Positions 43,601-58,600 of a DNA stretch of 64,000 nt are shown here, piece by piece; position 1 is the first letter of the stretch; each line of letters starts with the position of its first letter. The notes under the pieces were generated by a model. It made no database searches, had not been told where the DNA came from, and saw nothing but the letters and a program-made list of their open reading frames with translations. The DNA lies in NCBI GenBank assembly GCA_053919585.1, contig CM132785.1; one strand, 5' to 3'. Source of the stretch: Euprymna scolopes. Lineage: Eukaryota. The position numbers and the translations under genes are program-made.

Positions 43601-46600
43601 CTACGATTTTTATAAAAGCCTTATGCTACGATTTTTATAAAAGCCTTATGCTACGATTTTTATAAAAGCCTTATGCTACTATTTTTATAAAAGCCTTATG
43701 CTACGATTTTTATAAAAGCCTTATGCTACGATTTTTATAAAACTTTATGCTACGATTTTTAAAAAAGCCTTATGCTACGATTTTTATAAAAGCCTTATGC
43801 TACGATTTTTATAAAACTTTACGCTACGATGTTTATAAAAGCCTTATGCTACGATTTTTATAAAAGCCTTATGCTACGATTTTTATAAAAGTCCTGTGCT
43901 ACGATTTTTATAAAACTTTATGCTACGATTTTTATAAAAGCCTTATGCTACGATTTTTATAAAAGCCTTATGCTACGATTTTTATAAAAGCCTTATGCTA
44001 CGATTTTTATAAAAGCCTTATGCTACGATTTTTATAAAAGCTTTATGCTACGATTTTTATAAAAGCCATATGCTACGATTTTTATAAAAGTCCTGTGCTA
44101 CGATTTTTATAAAACTTTATGCTACGATTTTTATAAAAGCCTTATGCTACGATTTTTATAAAAGCCTTATGCTACGATTTTTATAAAAGCCTTATGCTAC
44201 GATTTTTATAAAAGCCTTATGCTACGATTTTTATAAAAGCCTTATGCTACGATTTTTATAAAAGCCTTATGCTACGATTTTTATAAAAGCCTTATGCTAC
44301 GATTTTTATAAAAGCCTTCATGCTACGATTTTAATAAAACTTTATGCTACGATTTTTATAAAACTTTATGCTACGATTCTTATAAAAGCCTTCATGCTAC
44401 GATTTTTATAAAAGCCTTATGCTACGATTTTTATAAAAGCCTTATGCTACGATTTTTATAAGAGCCTTATGCTACTATTTTTATAAAAGCCTTATGCTAC
44501 TATTTTTATAAAAGCCTTATGCTACGATTTTTATAAAAGCCTTATGCTACGATTTTTATAAAAGCCTTATGCTACCATTTTTATAAAACTTTACGCTACG
44601 ATGTTTATAAAAGCCTTATGCTACGATTTTTATAAAAGTCTTATGCTACGATTTTAATAAAACTTTATGCTACGATTTTTATAAAAGCCTTATGCTACGA
44701 TTTTTATAAAAGCCTTATGCTACGATTTTTATAAAAGCCTTATGCTACGATTTTTATAAAAGCCTTACGCTACGATTTTTATCAAAGCCTTATGCTACGA
44801 TTTTTATAAAAGACTTATGCTACGATTTTTATAACACTTTATGCTACGATTTTTATAAAAGCCTTATGCTACGATTTTTATAAAAGCCTTCATGCTACGA
44901 TTTTTATAAAAGCCTTATGCTACGATTTTTATAAAACTATATGCTACGATTTTTATAAAAGCCTTATGCTACGATTTTTATAAATGCCTTATGCTACGAT
45001 TTTTATAAAACTTTACGCTACGATGTTTATAAAAGCCTTATGCTACGATTTTTATAAAAGCCTTCATGCTACGATTTTTATAAAAGCCTTATGCTACGAT
45101 TTTTATAAAAGTCTTATGCTACGATTTTTATAAAACTTTATGCTACGATTTTTATAAAAGCCTTATGCTACGATTTTAATACAAGCCTTATGCTACGATT
45201 TTTATAAAAGCCTTATGCTACGATTTTTATAAAAGCCTTATGCTAGGATTTTTATAAAAGCCTTATGCCACTATTTTTATAAAAGCCTCATGCTGCGATT
45301 TTTATAAAAGCCTTATGCTACGATTTTTATAAAAGCCTTATGCTACGATTTTTATAAAAGCCTTATCCTACGATATTTATAAAAGCCTTCATGCTACGAT
45401 TTTTATAAAAGCCTTCATGCTACGATTTTTATAAAAGCCTTATGCTACGATTTTTATAAAAGCCTTATTCTACGATTTTTATAAAAGCCTTATGCTACGA
45501 TTTTTATTAAAGCCTTCATGCTACGATTTTTATAAAAACCGTCATGCTACGATTTTTATAAAAGCCTTATGCTACGATTTTTATAAAAGCCTTATGCTAC
45601 GATTTTTATATAACTTTATGCTACGATGTTTATAAAACTTTATGCTACAATTTTTATAAAAGCCTTATGCTACGATTTTTATAAAACTTTACGCTTCGAT
45701 GTTTATAAAAGCCTTATGCTACGATTTTTATAAAAGCCTTATGCTACGATTTTTATAAAAGTCCTGTGCTACGATTTTTATAAAACTTTAGGCTACGATT
45801 TTTATAAAAGCCTTATGCTACGATTTTTATAAAAGCCTTATGCTACGATTTTTATAAAAGCCTTATGCTACGATTTTTATAAAAGCCTTATGCTACGATT
45901 TTTATAAAAGCCTTATGCTACGATTTTTATAAAAGCCTTATGCTACGATTTTTATAAAAGTCCTGTGCTACGATTTTTATAAAACTTTATGCTACGATTT
46001 TTATAAAAGCCTTATGCTACGATTTTTATAAAAGCCTTATGCTACGATTTTTATAAAAGCCTTATGCTACGATTTTTATAAAAGCCTTATGCTACGATTT
46101 TTATAAAAGCCTTATGCTACGATTTTTATAAAAGCCTTATGCTACGATTTTTATAAAAGCCTTATGCTACGATTTTTATAAAAGCCTTCATGCTACGATT
46201 TTAATAAAACTTTATGCTACGATTTTTATAAAACTTTATGCTACGATTCTTATAAAAGCCTTCATGCTACGATTTTTATAAAAGCCTTATGCTACGATTT
46301 TTATAAAAGCCTTATGCTAAGATTTTTATAAAAGCCTTATGCTACTATTTTTATAAAAGCCTTATGCTACGATTTTTATAAAAGCCTTATGCTACGATTT
46401 TTATAAAACTTTATGCTACGATTTTTATAAAAGCCTTATGCTACGATTTTTATAAAAGCCTTATGCTACCATTTTTATAAAACTTTACGCTACGATGTTT
46501 ATAAAAGCCTTATGCTACGATTTTTATAAAAGCCTTATGCTACGATTTTTATAAAAGCCTTATGCTACGATTTTTATAAAAGTCCTGTGCTACGATTTTT

Positions 46601-49600
46601 ATAAAACTTTATGCTACGATTTTTATAAAAGCCTTATGCTACGATTTTTATAAAAGCCTTATGCAACGATTTTTATAAAAGCCTTATGCTACGATTTTTA
46701 TAAAAGCCTTCATGCTACGATTTTTATAAAAGCCTTATGCTACGATTTTTATAAAAGCCTTATGCTACGATTTTTATAAAAGCCTTATGCTACGATTTTT
46801 ATAAAAGCGTTATGCTACGATTTTTATAAAAGCCTTATGCTACGATTTTTATAAAAGTCTTATGCTACGATTTTAATAAAACTTTATGCTACGATTTTTA
46901 TAAAAGCCTTATGCTACGATTTTTATAAAAGCCTTATGCTACGATTTTTATAAAAGCCTTATGCTACGATTTTTATAAAAGCCTTACGCTACGATTTTTA
47001 TCAAAGCCTTATGCTACGATTTTTATAAAAACCTTATGCTACGATTTTTATAAAACTTTATGCTACGATTTTTATAAAAGCCTTATGCTACGATTTTTAT
47101 AAAAGCCTTCATGCTACGATTTTTATAAAAGCCTTATGCTACGATTTTTATAAAAGCCTTATGCTACGATTTTTATAAAAGCCTTATGCTACGATTTTTA
47201 TAAAAGCCTTATGCTACGATTTTTATAAAAGCCTTCATGCTACGATTTTTATAAAAGCCTTATGCTACGATTTTTATAAAAGTCTTATGCTACGATTTTT
47301 ATAAAACTTTATGCTACGATTTTTATAAAAGCCTTATGCTACGATTTTTATACAAGCCTTATGCTACGATTTTTATAAAAGCCTTATGCTACGATTTTTA
47401 TAAAAGCCTTATGCTACGATTTTTATAAAAGCCTTGTGCCACTATTTTTATAAAAGCCTCATGCTACGATTTTTATAAAAGCCTTATGCTACGATTTTTA
47501 TAAAAGCCTTATGCTTCGATTTTTATAAAAGCCTTATCCTACGATATTTATAAAAGCCTTCATGCTACGATTTTTATAAAAGCCTTCATGCTACGATTTT
47601 TATAAAAGCCTTATGCTACGATTTTTATAAAAGCCTTATTCTACGATTTTTATAAAAGCCTTATGCTACGATTTTTATAAAAGCCTTCATGCTACGATTT
47701 TTATAAAAACCGTCATGCTACGATTTTTATAAAAGCCTTATGCTACGATTTTTATAAAAGCCTTATGCTACGATTTTATAATCCCCTTATGCTACGATTT
47801 TTATAAAAGCCTTAAGCTACAATTTTTATAAAAAGCCTTCATGCTACAATTTTTATAAAAGCCTTATGCTACCATTTTTATAAAAGCCTTTATGCTACGA
47901 TTTTATAAAAGCCTTATGCTACGATTTTTATAAAGGCCTTCTGCTACGATTTTTATAAAAGCCTTATGCTACGATTTTTATAAATGCCTTATGCTAGGAT
48001 TTTTATAAAAGCATTATGCTACGATTTTGTAAAAGCCTTACGCTACGATTTTTATCAAAGCCTTATGCTACGATTTTTATAAAAGTCTTATGCTACGATT
48101 TTTATAAAAGCCTTATGCTACGATTTTTATAAAAGCCTTATGCTACGATTTTTATAAAAGCCTTATGCTACGATTTTTATAAAAGCCTTCATGCTACGAT
48201 TTTTATAAAAGCCTTATGCTACGATTTTTATAAAAGCCATATGCTACGATTTTTATAAAAGCCTTATGCTACGATTTTTATAAAAACCTTATGCTACGAT
48301 TTTTATAAAAGCCTTATGCTACAATTTTTATAAAAGCCTTTTGCTACGATTTTTATAAAAGCCTTCATGCTACGATTTTTATAAAAGCTTTATGCTACGA
48401 TTTTTATAAAAGCCTTATGCTACGATTTTTATAAAAGCCTTATGCTACGATTTTTATAAAAGCCTTATGCTACGATTTTTATAAAAGCCTTATGCTACGA
48501 TTTTTATAAAAGCCTTATGCTACGATTTTTATAAAACTTTATGCTACGATTTTTATAAAAGACTTATGCTACGATTTTTATAAAAGCCTAATGCTACGAT
48601 TTGTATAAAAGCCTTCATGCTACGATTTTTATAAAAGCCTTATGCTACGATTTTTATAAAAGTCTTATGCTACGATTTTTATAAAACTTTATGCTACGAT
48701 ATTTATAAAACTTTATGCTACAATTTTTATAAAAGCCTTATGCTACGATTTTTATAAAAGCCTTATGCTATGATTTTTATAAAACTTTATGCTACGATTT
48801 TTATAAAAGCCTTATGCTACGATTTTTATAAAAGCCTTATGCAACGATTTGTATAAAACTTTATGCTACCATTTTTATAAAAGCCTTATGCTACGATTTT
48901 TATAAAAGCCTTATGCTACGATTTTTATAAAACTTTATGCTATGATTTTTATAAAAGCCTTATGCTACGATTTGTATACAACTTTATGCTACGATTTTTA
49001 TAAAAAGCCTTATGCTACGATTTTTATAAAAGCTTTATGCTACGATTTTTATAAAAGCCTTATGCTACGATTTTTATAAAACTTTATTCTACGATTTTTA
49101 TAAAAGCCTTATGCTACTATTTTTATAAAAGCCTTATGCTACGATTTTTATAAAAGCCTTATGCTACGATTTTTATAAAACTTTATGCTACGATTTTTAT
49201 AAAAGCCTTATGCTACGATTTTTATAGAAGCCTTATGCTACGATTTTTATAAAAGCTTCATGTTACGATTTTTATAAAAGCCTTATGCTACGATTTTTAT
49301 AAAAGCCTTATGCTACGATTTTTATAAAACTTTATGCTACGATTTTTATAAAACTTTATGCTACGATATTTATAAAAGCCTTATGCTACGATTTTTATAA
49401 AAGCCTTCATGCTACGATGTTTATAAAAGCCTTATGCTACGATTTTTATAAAAGCCTTATGCTACGATGTTTATAAAAGCCTTATGCTACGATTTTTATA
49501 AAAGCCTTATGCTACGATTTTTATAAAAGCCTTATGCTACGATTTTTATAAAAGCCTTATGCTACGATTTTTATAAAAGCCTTCATGCTACAATTTTTAT

Positions 49601-52600
49601 AAAAGCCTTATGCTACGATTTTTATAAAACTTTATGCTACGATTTTTATAAAAGCCTTATGCTACGATTTTTATAAAAGCCTTATGCTACGATTTTTATA
49701 AAAGACTTATGCTACGATTTTTATAAAAACCTTATGCTACGATTTTTATAAAAGCCTTATGCTACGATATTTTAAAAGCCTTATGCTACGATTTTTATAA
49801 AAGCATTATGCTACGATTTTTGTAAAAGCCTCACGCTACGATTTTTATCAAAGTCTTATGCTACGATTTTTATAAAACTATATGCTACGATTTTTATAAC
49901 ACTTTATGCTACGATTTTTATAAAAGCCTTATGCTACGATTTTTATCAAAGCCTTATGCTACGATTTTTATAAAACTTTACGCTCCGATTTTTATAAAAG
50001 CCTTATGCTACGATTTTTATAAAAGCCTTATGCTACGATTTTTATAAAAGCCTTATGCTACGATTTTTATAAAACTTTATGCTATGATTTTTATAAAAGC
50101 CTTATGCTACGATTTGTATACAACTTTATGCTACGATTTTTATAAAAAGCCTTATGCTACGATTTTTATAAAAGCTTTATGCTACGATTTTTATAAAAGC
50201 CTTATGCTACGATTTTTATAAAACTTTATTCTACGATTTTTATAAAAGCCTTATGCTACTATTTTTATAAAAGCCTTATGCTACGATTTTTATAAAAGCC
50301 TTATGCTACGATTTTTATAAAACTTTATGCTACGATTTTTATAAAAGCCTTATGCTACGATTTTTATAGAAGCCTTATGCTACGATTTTTATAAAAGCTT
50401 CATGTTACGATTTTTATAAAAGCCTTATGCTACGATTTTTATAAAAGCCTTATGCTACGATTTTTATAAAACTTTATGCTACGATATTTATAAAAGCCTT
50501 ATGCTACGATTTTTATAAAAGCCTTCATGCTACGATGTTTAAAAAAGCCTTATGCTACGATTTTTATAAAAGCCTTATGCTACGATTTTTATAAAAGCCT
50601 TATGCTACGATTTTTATAAAAGCCTTATGCTACGATTTTTATAAAAGCCTTATGCTACGATTTTTATAAAAGCCTTATGCTACGATTTTTATAAAAGCCT
50701 TCATGCTACAATTTTTATAAAAGCCTTATGCTACGATTTTTATAAAACTTTATGCTACGATTTTTATAAAAGCCTTATGCTACGATTTTTATAAAAGCCT
50801 TATGCTACGATTTTTATAAAAGCCTTATGCTACGATTTTTATAAAAGACTTATGCTACGATTTTTATAAAAACCTTATGCTACGATTTTTATAAAAGCCT
50901 TATGCTACGATATTTTAAAAGCCTTATGCTACGATTTTTATAAAAGCATTATGCTACGATTTTTGTAAAAGCCTCACGCTACGATTTTTATCAAAGTCTT
51001 ATGCTACGATTTTTATAAAACTATATGCTACGATTTTTATAACACTTTATGCTACGATTTTTATAAAAGCCTTATGCTACGATTTTTATCAAAGCCTTAT
51101 GCTACGATTTTTATAAAACTTTACGCTCCGATTTTTATAAAAGCCTTATGCTACGATTTTTATAAAAGCCTTATGCTACGATTTTTATCAAAGCCTTATG
51201 CTACGATTTTTATAAAAGTCTTGTGCTACGATTTTTATAAAACTTTATGCTACGATTTTTATAAAAGCCTTATGCTACGATTTTTATAAAAGCCTTATGC
51301 TACGATTTTTATAAAAGCCTTATGCTACGATTTTATAATCCCCTTATGCTACGATTTTTATAAAAGCCTTAAGCTACAATTTTTATAAAAAGCCTTCATG
51401 CTACGATTTTTATAAAAGCCTTATGCTACCATTTTTATAAAAGCCTTTATGCTACGATTTTATAAAAGCCTTATGCTACGATTTTTATAAAGGCCTTCTG
51501 CTACGATTTTTATAAAAGCCTTATGCTACGATTTTTATAAATGCCTTATGCTACGATTTTTATAAAAGCATTATGCTACGATTTTGTAAAAGCCTTACGC
51601 TACGATTTTTATCAAAGCCTTATGCTACGATTTTTATAAAAGTCTTATGCTACGATCTTTATAAAAGCCTTATGCTACGATTTTTATAAAAGCCTTATGC
51701 TACGATTTTTATAAAAGCCTTCATGCTACGATTTTTATAAAAGCCTTATGCTACGATTTTTATAAAACTATATGCTACGATTTTTATAAAAGCCTTATGC
51801 TACGATTTTTATAAATGCCTTATGCTACGATTTTTATAAAACTTTACGCTACGATGTTTATAAAAGCCTTATGCTACGATTTTTATAAAAGCCTTCATGC
51901 TACGATTTTTATAAAAGCCTTATGCTACGATTTTTATAAAAGTCTTATGCTACGATTTTTATAAAACTTTATGCTACGATTTTTATAAAAGCCTTATGCT
52001 ACGATTTTAATACAAGCCTTATGCTACGATTTTTATAAAAGCCTTATGCTACGATTTTTATAAAAGCCTTATGCTACGATTTTTATAAAAGCCTTTTGCC
52101 ACTATTTTTATAAAAGCCTCATGCTGCGATTTTTATAAAAGCCTTATGCTACGATTTTTATAAAAGCCTTATGCTACGATTTTTATAAAAGCCTTATCCT
52201 ACGATATTTATAAAAGCCTTCATGCTACGATTTTTATAAAAGCCTTCATGCTACGATTTTTATAAAAGCCTTATGCTACGATTTTTATAAAAGCCTTATT
52301 CTACGATTTTTATAAAAGCCTTATGCTACGATGTTTATAAAAGCCTTCATGCTACGATTTTTATAAAAACCGTCATGCTACGATTTTTATAAAAGCCTTA
52401 TGCTACGATTTTTATAAAAGCCTTATGCTACGATTTTTATATAACTTTATGCTACGATGTTTATAAAACTTTATGCTACAATTTTTATAAAAGCCTTATG
52501 CTACGATTTTTATAAAACTTTACGCTTCGATGTTTATAAAAGCCTTATGCTACGATTTTTATAAAAGCCTTATGCTACGATTTTTATAAAAGTCCTGTGC

Positions 52601-55600
52601 TACGATTTTTATAAAACTTTAGGCTACGATTTTTATAAAAGCCTTATGCTACGATTTTTATAAAAGCCTTATGCTACGATTTTTATAAAAGCCTTATGCT
52701 ACGATTTTTATAAAAGCCTTATGCTACGATTTTTATAAAAGCCTTATGCTACGATTTTTATAAAAGCCTTATGCTACGATTTTTATAAAAGTCCTGTGCT
52801 ACGATTTTTATAAAACTTTATGCTACGATTTTTATAAAAGCCTTATGCTACGATTTTTATAAAAGCCTTATGCTACGATTTTTATAAAAGCCTTATGCTA
52901 CGATTTTTATAAAAGCCTTATGCTACGATTTTTATAAAAGCCTTATGCTACGATTTTTATAAAAGCCTTATGCTACGATTTTTATAAAAGCCTTATGCTA
53001 CGATTTTTATAAAAGCCTTCATGCTACGATTTTAATAAAACTTTATGCTACGATTTTTATAAAACTTTATGCTACGATTCTTATAAAAGCCTTCATGCTA
53101 CGATTTTTATAAAAGCCTTATGCTACGATTTTTATAAAAGCCTTATGCTAAGATTTTTATAAAAGCCTTATGCTACTATTTTTATAAAAGCCTTATGCTA
53201 CGATTTTTATAAAAGCCTTATGCTACGATTTTTATAAAACTTTATGCTACGATTTTTATAAAAGCCTTATGCTACGATTTTTATAAAAGCCTTATGCTAC
53301 CATTTTTATAAAACTTTACGCTACGATGTTTATAAAAGCCTTATGCTACGATTTTTATAAAAGCCTTATGCTACGATTTTTATAAAAGCCTTATGCTACG
53401 ATTTTTATAAAAGTCCTGTGCTACGATTTTTATAAAACTTTATGCTACGATTTTTATAAAAGCCTTATGCTACGATTTTTATAAAAGCCTTATGCAACGA
53501 TTTTTATAAAAGCCTTATGCTACGATTTTTATAAAAGCGTTATGCTACGATTTTTATAAAAGCCTTATGCTACGATTTTTATAAAAGTCTTATGCTACGA
53601 TTTTAATAAAACTTTATGCTACGATTTTTATAAAAGCCTTATGCTACGATTTTTATAAAAGCCTTATGCTACGATTTTTATAAAAGCCTTCATGCTACGA
53701 TTTTTATAAAAGCCTTATGCTACGATTTTTATAAAAGCCTTATGCTACGATTTTTATAAAAGCCTTATGCTACGATTTTTATAAAAGCGTTATGCTACGA
53801 TTTTTATAAAAGCCTTATGCTACGATTTTTATAAAAGTCTTATGCTACGATTTTAATAAAACTTTATGCTACGATTTTTATAAAAGCCTTATGCTACGAT
53901 TTTTATAAAAGCCTTATGCTACGATTTTTATAAAAGCCTTATGCTACGATTTTTATAAAAGCCTTACGCTACGATTTTTATCAAAGCCTTATGCTACGAT
54001 TTTTATAAAAACCTTATGCTACGATTTTTATAAAACTTTATGCTACGATTTTTATAAAAGCCTTATGCTACGATTTTTATAAAAGCCTTCATGCTACGAT
54101 TTTTATAAAAGCCTTATGCTACGATTTTTATAAAAGCCTTATGCTACGATTTTTATAAAAGCCTTATGCTACGATTTTTATAAAAGCCTTATGCTACGAT
54201 TTTTATAAAAGCCTTCATGCTACGATTTTTATAAAAGCCTTATGCTACGATTTTTATAAAAGTCTTATGCTACGATTTTTATAAAACTTTATGCTACGAT
54301 TTTTATAAAAGCCTTATGCTACGATTTTTATACAAGCCTTATGCTACGATTTTTATAAAAGCCTTATGCTACGATTTTTATAAAAGCCTTATGCTACGAT
54401 TTTTATAAAAGCCTTGTTCCACTATTTTTATAAAAGCCTCATGCTACGATTTTTATAAAAGCCTTATGCTACGATTTTTATAAAAGCCTTATGCTTCGAT
54501 TTTTATAAAAGCCTTATCCTACGATATTTATAAAAGCCTTCATGCTACGATTTTTATAAAAGCCTTCATGCTACGATTTTTATAAAAGCCTTATGCTACG
54601 ATTTTTATAAAAGCCTTATTCTACGATTTTTATAAAAGCCTTATGCTACGATTTTTATAAAAGCCTTCATGCTACGATTTTTATAAAAACCGTCATGCTA
54701 CGATTTTTATAAAAGCCTTATGCTACGATTTTTATAAAAGCCTTATGCTACGATTTTATAATCCCCTTATGCTACGATTTTTATAAAAGCCTTAAGCTAC
54801 AATTTTTATAAAAAGCCTTCATGCTACAATTTTTATAAAAGCCTTATGCTACCATTTTTATAAAAGCCTTTATGCTATGATTTTATAAAAGCCTTATGCT
54901 ACGATTTTTATAAAGGCCTTCTGCTACGATTTTTATAAAAGCCTTATGCTACGATTTTTATAAATGCCTTATGCTACGATTTTTATAAAAGCATTATGCT
55001 ACGATTTTGTAAAAGCCTTACGCTACGATTTTTATCAAAGCCTTATGCTACGATTTTTATAAAAGTCTTATGCTACGATTTTTATAAAAGCCTTATGCTA
55101 CGATTTTTATAAAAGCCTTATGCTACGATTTTTATAAAAGCCTTATGCTACGATTTTTATAAAAGCCTTCATGCTACGATTTTTATAAAAGCCTTATGCT
55201 ACGATTTTTATAAAAGCCATATGCTACGATTTTTATAAAAGCCTTATGCTACGATTTTTATAAAAACCTTATGCTACGATTTTTATAAAAGCCTTATGCT
55301 ACAATTTTTATAAAGCCTTTTGCTACGATTTTTATAAAAGCCTTCATGCTACGATTTTTATAAAAGCTTTATGCTACGATTTTTATAAAAGCCTTATGCT
55401 ACGATTTTTATAAAAGCCTTATGCTACGATTTTTATAAAAGCCTTATGCTACGATTTTTATAAAAGCCTTATGCTACGATTTTTATAAAAGCCTTATGCT
55501 ACGATTTTTATAAAACTTTATGCTACGATTTTTATAAAAGACTTATGCTACGATTTTTATAAAAGCCTAATGCTACGATTTGTATAAAAGCCTTCATGCT

Positions 55601-58600
55601 ACGATTTTTATAAAAGCCTTATGCTACGATTTTTATAAAAGTCTTATGCTACGATTTTTATAAAACTTTATGCTACGATATTTATAAAACTTTATGCTAC
55701 AATTTTTATAAAAGCCTTATGCTACGATTTTTATAAAAGCCTTATGCTATGATTTTTATAAAACTTTATGCTACGATTTTTATAAAAGCCTTATGCTACG
55801 ATTTTTATAAAAGCCTTATGCAACGATTTGTATAAAACTTTATGCTACCATTTTTATAAAAGCCTTATGCTACGATTTTTATAAAAGCCTTATGCTACGA
55901 TTTTTATAAAACTTTATGCTATGATTTTTATAAAAGCCTTATGCTACGATTTGTATACAACTTTATGCTACGATTTTTATAAAAAGCCTTATGCTACGAT
56001 TTTTATAAAAGCTTTATGCTACGATTTTTATAAAAGCCTTATGCTACGATTTTTATAAAACTTTATTCTACGATTTTTATAAAAGCCTTATGCTACTATT
56101 TTTATAAAAGCCTTATGCTACGATTTTTATAAAAGCCTTATGCTACGATTTTTATAAAACTTTATGCTACGATTTTTATAAAAGCCTTATGCTACGATTT
56201 TTATAGAAGCCTTATGCTACGATTTTTATAAAAGCTTCATGTTACGATTTTTATAAAAGCCTTATGCTACGATTTTTATAAAAGCCTTATGCTACGATTT
56301 TTATAAAACTTTATGCTACGATTTTTATAAAACTTTATGCTACGATATTTATAAAAGCCTTATGCTACGATTTTTATAAAAGCCTTCATGCTACGATGTT
56401 TATAAAAGCCTTATGCTACGATTTTTATAAAAGCCTTATGCTACGATGTTTATAAAAGCCTTATGCTACGATTTTTATAAAAGCCTTATGCTACGATTTT
56501 TATAAAAGCCTTATGCTACGATTTTTATAAAAGCCTTATGCTACGATTTTTATAAAAGCCTTCATGCTACAATTTTTATAAAAGCCTTATGCTACGATTT
56601 TTATAAAACTTTATGCTACGATTTTTATAAAAGCCTTATGCTACGATTTTTATAAAAGCCTTATGCTACGATTTTTATAAAAGACTTATGCTACGATTTT
56701 TATAAAAACCTTATGCTACGATTTTTATAAAAGCCTTATGCTACGATATTTTAAAAGCCTTATGCTACGATTTTTATAAAAGCATTATGCTACGATTTTT
56801 GTAAAAGCCTCACGCTACGATTTTTATCAAAGTCTTATGCTACGATTTTTATAAAACTATATGCTACGATTTTTATAACACTTTATGCTACGATTTTTAT
56901 AAAAGCCTTATGCTACGATTTTTATCAAAGCCTTATGCTACGATTTTTATAAAACTTTACGCTCCGATTTTTATAAAAGCCTTATGCTACGATTTTTATA
57001 AAAGCCTTATGCTACGATTTTTATAAAAGCCTTATGCTACGATTTTTATAAAACTTTATGCTATGATTTTTATAAAAGCCTTATGCTACGATTTGTATAC
57101 AACTTTATGCTACGATTTTTATAAAAAGCCTTATGCTACGATTTTTATAAAAGCTTTATGCTACGATTTTTATAAAAGCCTTATGCTACGATTTTTATAA
57201 AACTTTATTCTACGATTTTTATAAAAGCCTTATGCTACTATTTTTATAAAAGCCTTATGCTACGATTTTTATAAAAGCCTTATGCTACGATTTTTATAAA
57301 ACTTTATGCTACGATTTTTATAAAAGCCTTATGCTACGATTTTTATAGAAGCCTTATGCTACGATTTTTATAAAAGCTTCATGTTACGATTTTTATAAAA
57401 GCCTTATGCTACGATTTTTATAAAAGCCTTATGCTACGATTTTTATAAAACTTTATGCTACGATATTTATAAAAGCCTTATGCTACGATTTTTATAAAAG
57501 CCTTCATGCTACGATGTTTATAAAAGCCTTATGCTACGATTTTTATAAAAGCCTTATGCTACGATTTTTATAAAAGCCTTATGCTACGATTTTTATAAAA
57601 GCCTTATGCTACGATTTTTATAAAAGCCTTATGCTACGATTTTTATAAAAGCCTTATGCTACGATTTTTATAAAAGCCTTCATGCTACAATTTTTATAAA
57701 AGCCTTATGCTACGATTTTTATAAAACTTTATGCTACGATTTTTATAAAAGCCTTATGCTACGATTTTTATAAAAGCCTTATGCTACGATTTTTATAAAA
57801 GCCTTATGCTACGATTTTTATAAAAGACTTATGCTACGATTTTTATAAAAACCTTATGCTACGATTTTTATAAAAGCCTTATGCTACGATATTTTAAAAG
57901 CCTTATGCTACGATTTTTATAAAAGCATCATCCTACGATTTTTGTAAAAGCCTCACGCTACGATTTTTATCAAAGTCTTATGCTACGATTTTTATAAAAC
58001 TATATGCTACGATTTTTATAACACTTTATGCTACGATTTTTATAAAAGCCTTATGCTACGATTTTTATAAAAGCCTTATGCTACGATTTTTATAAAACTT
58101 TACGCTCCGATTTTTATAAAAGCCTTATGCTACGATTTTTATAAAAGCCTTATGCTACGATTTTTATCAAAGCCTTATGCTACGATTTTTATAAAAGTCT
58201 TGTGCTACGATTTTTATAAAACTTTATGCTACGATTTTTATAAAAGCCTTATGCTACGATTTTTATAAAAGCCTTATGCTACGATTTTTATAAAAGCCTT
58301 ATGCTACGATTTTATAATCCCCTTATGCTACGATTTTTATAAAAGCCTTAAGCTACAATTTTTATAAAAAGCCTTCATGCTACGATTTTTATAAAAGCCT
58401 TATGCTACCATTTTTATAAAAGCCTTTATGCTACGATTTTATAAAAGCCTTATGCTACGATTTTTATAAAGGCCTTCTGCTACGATTTTTATAAAAGCCT
58501 TATGCTACGATTTTTATAAATGCCTTATGCTACGATTTTTATAAAAGCATTATGCTACGATTTTGTAAAAGCCTTACGCTACGATTTTTATCAAAGCCTT

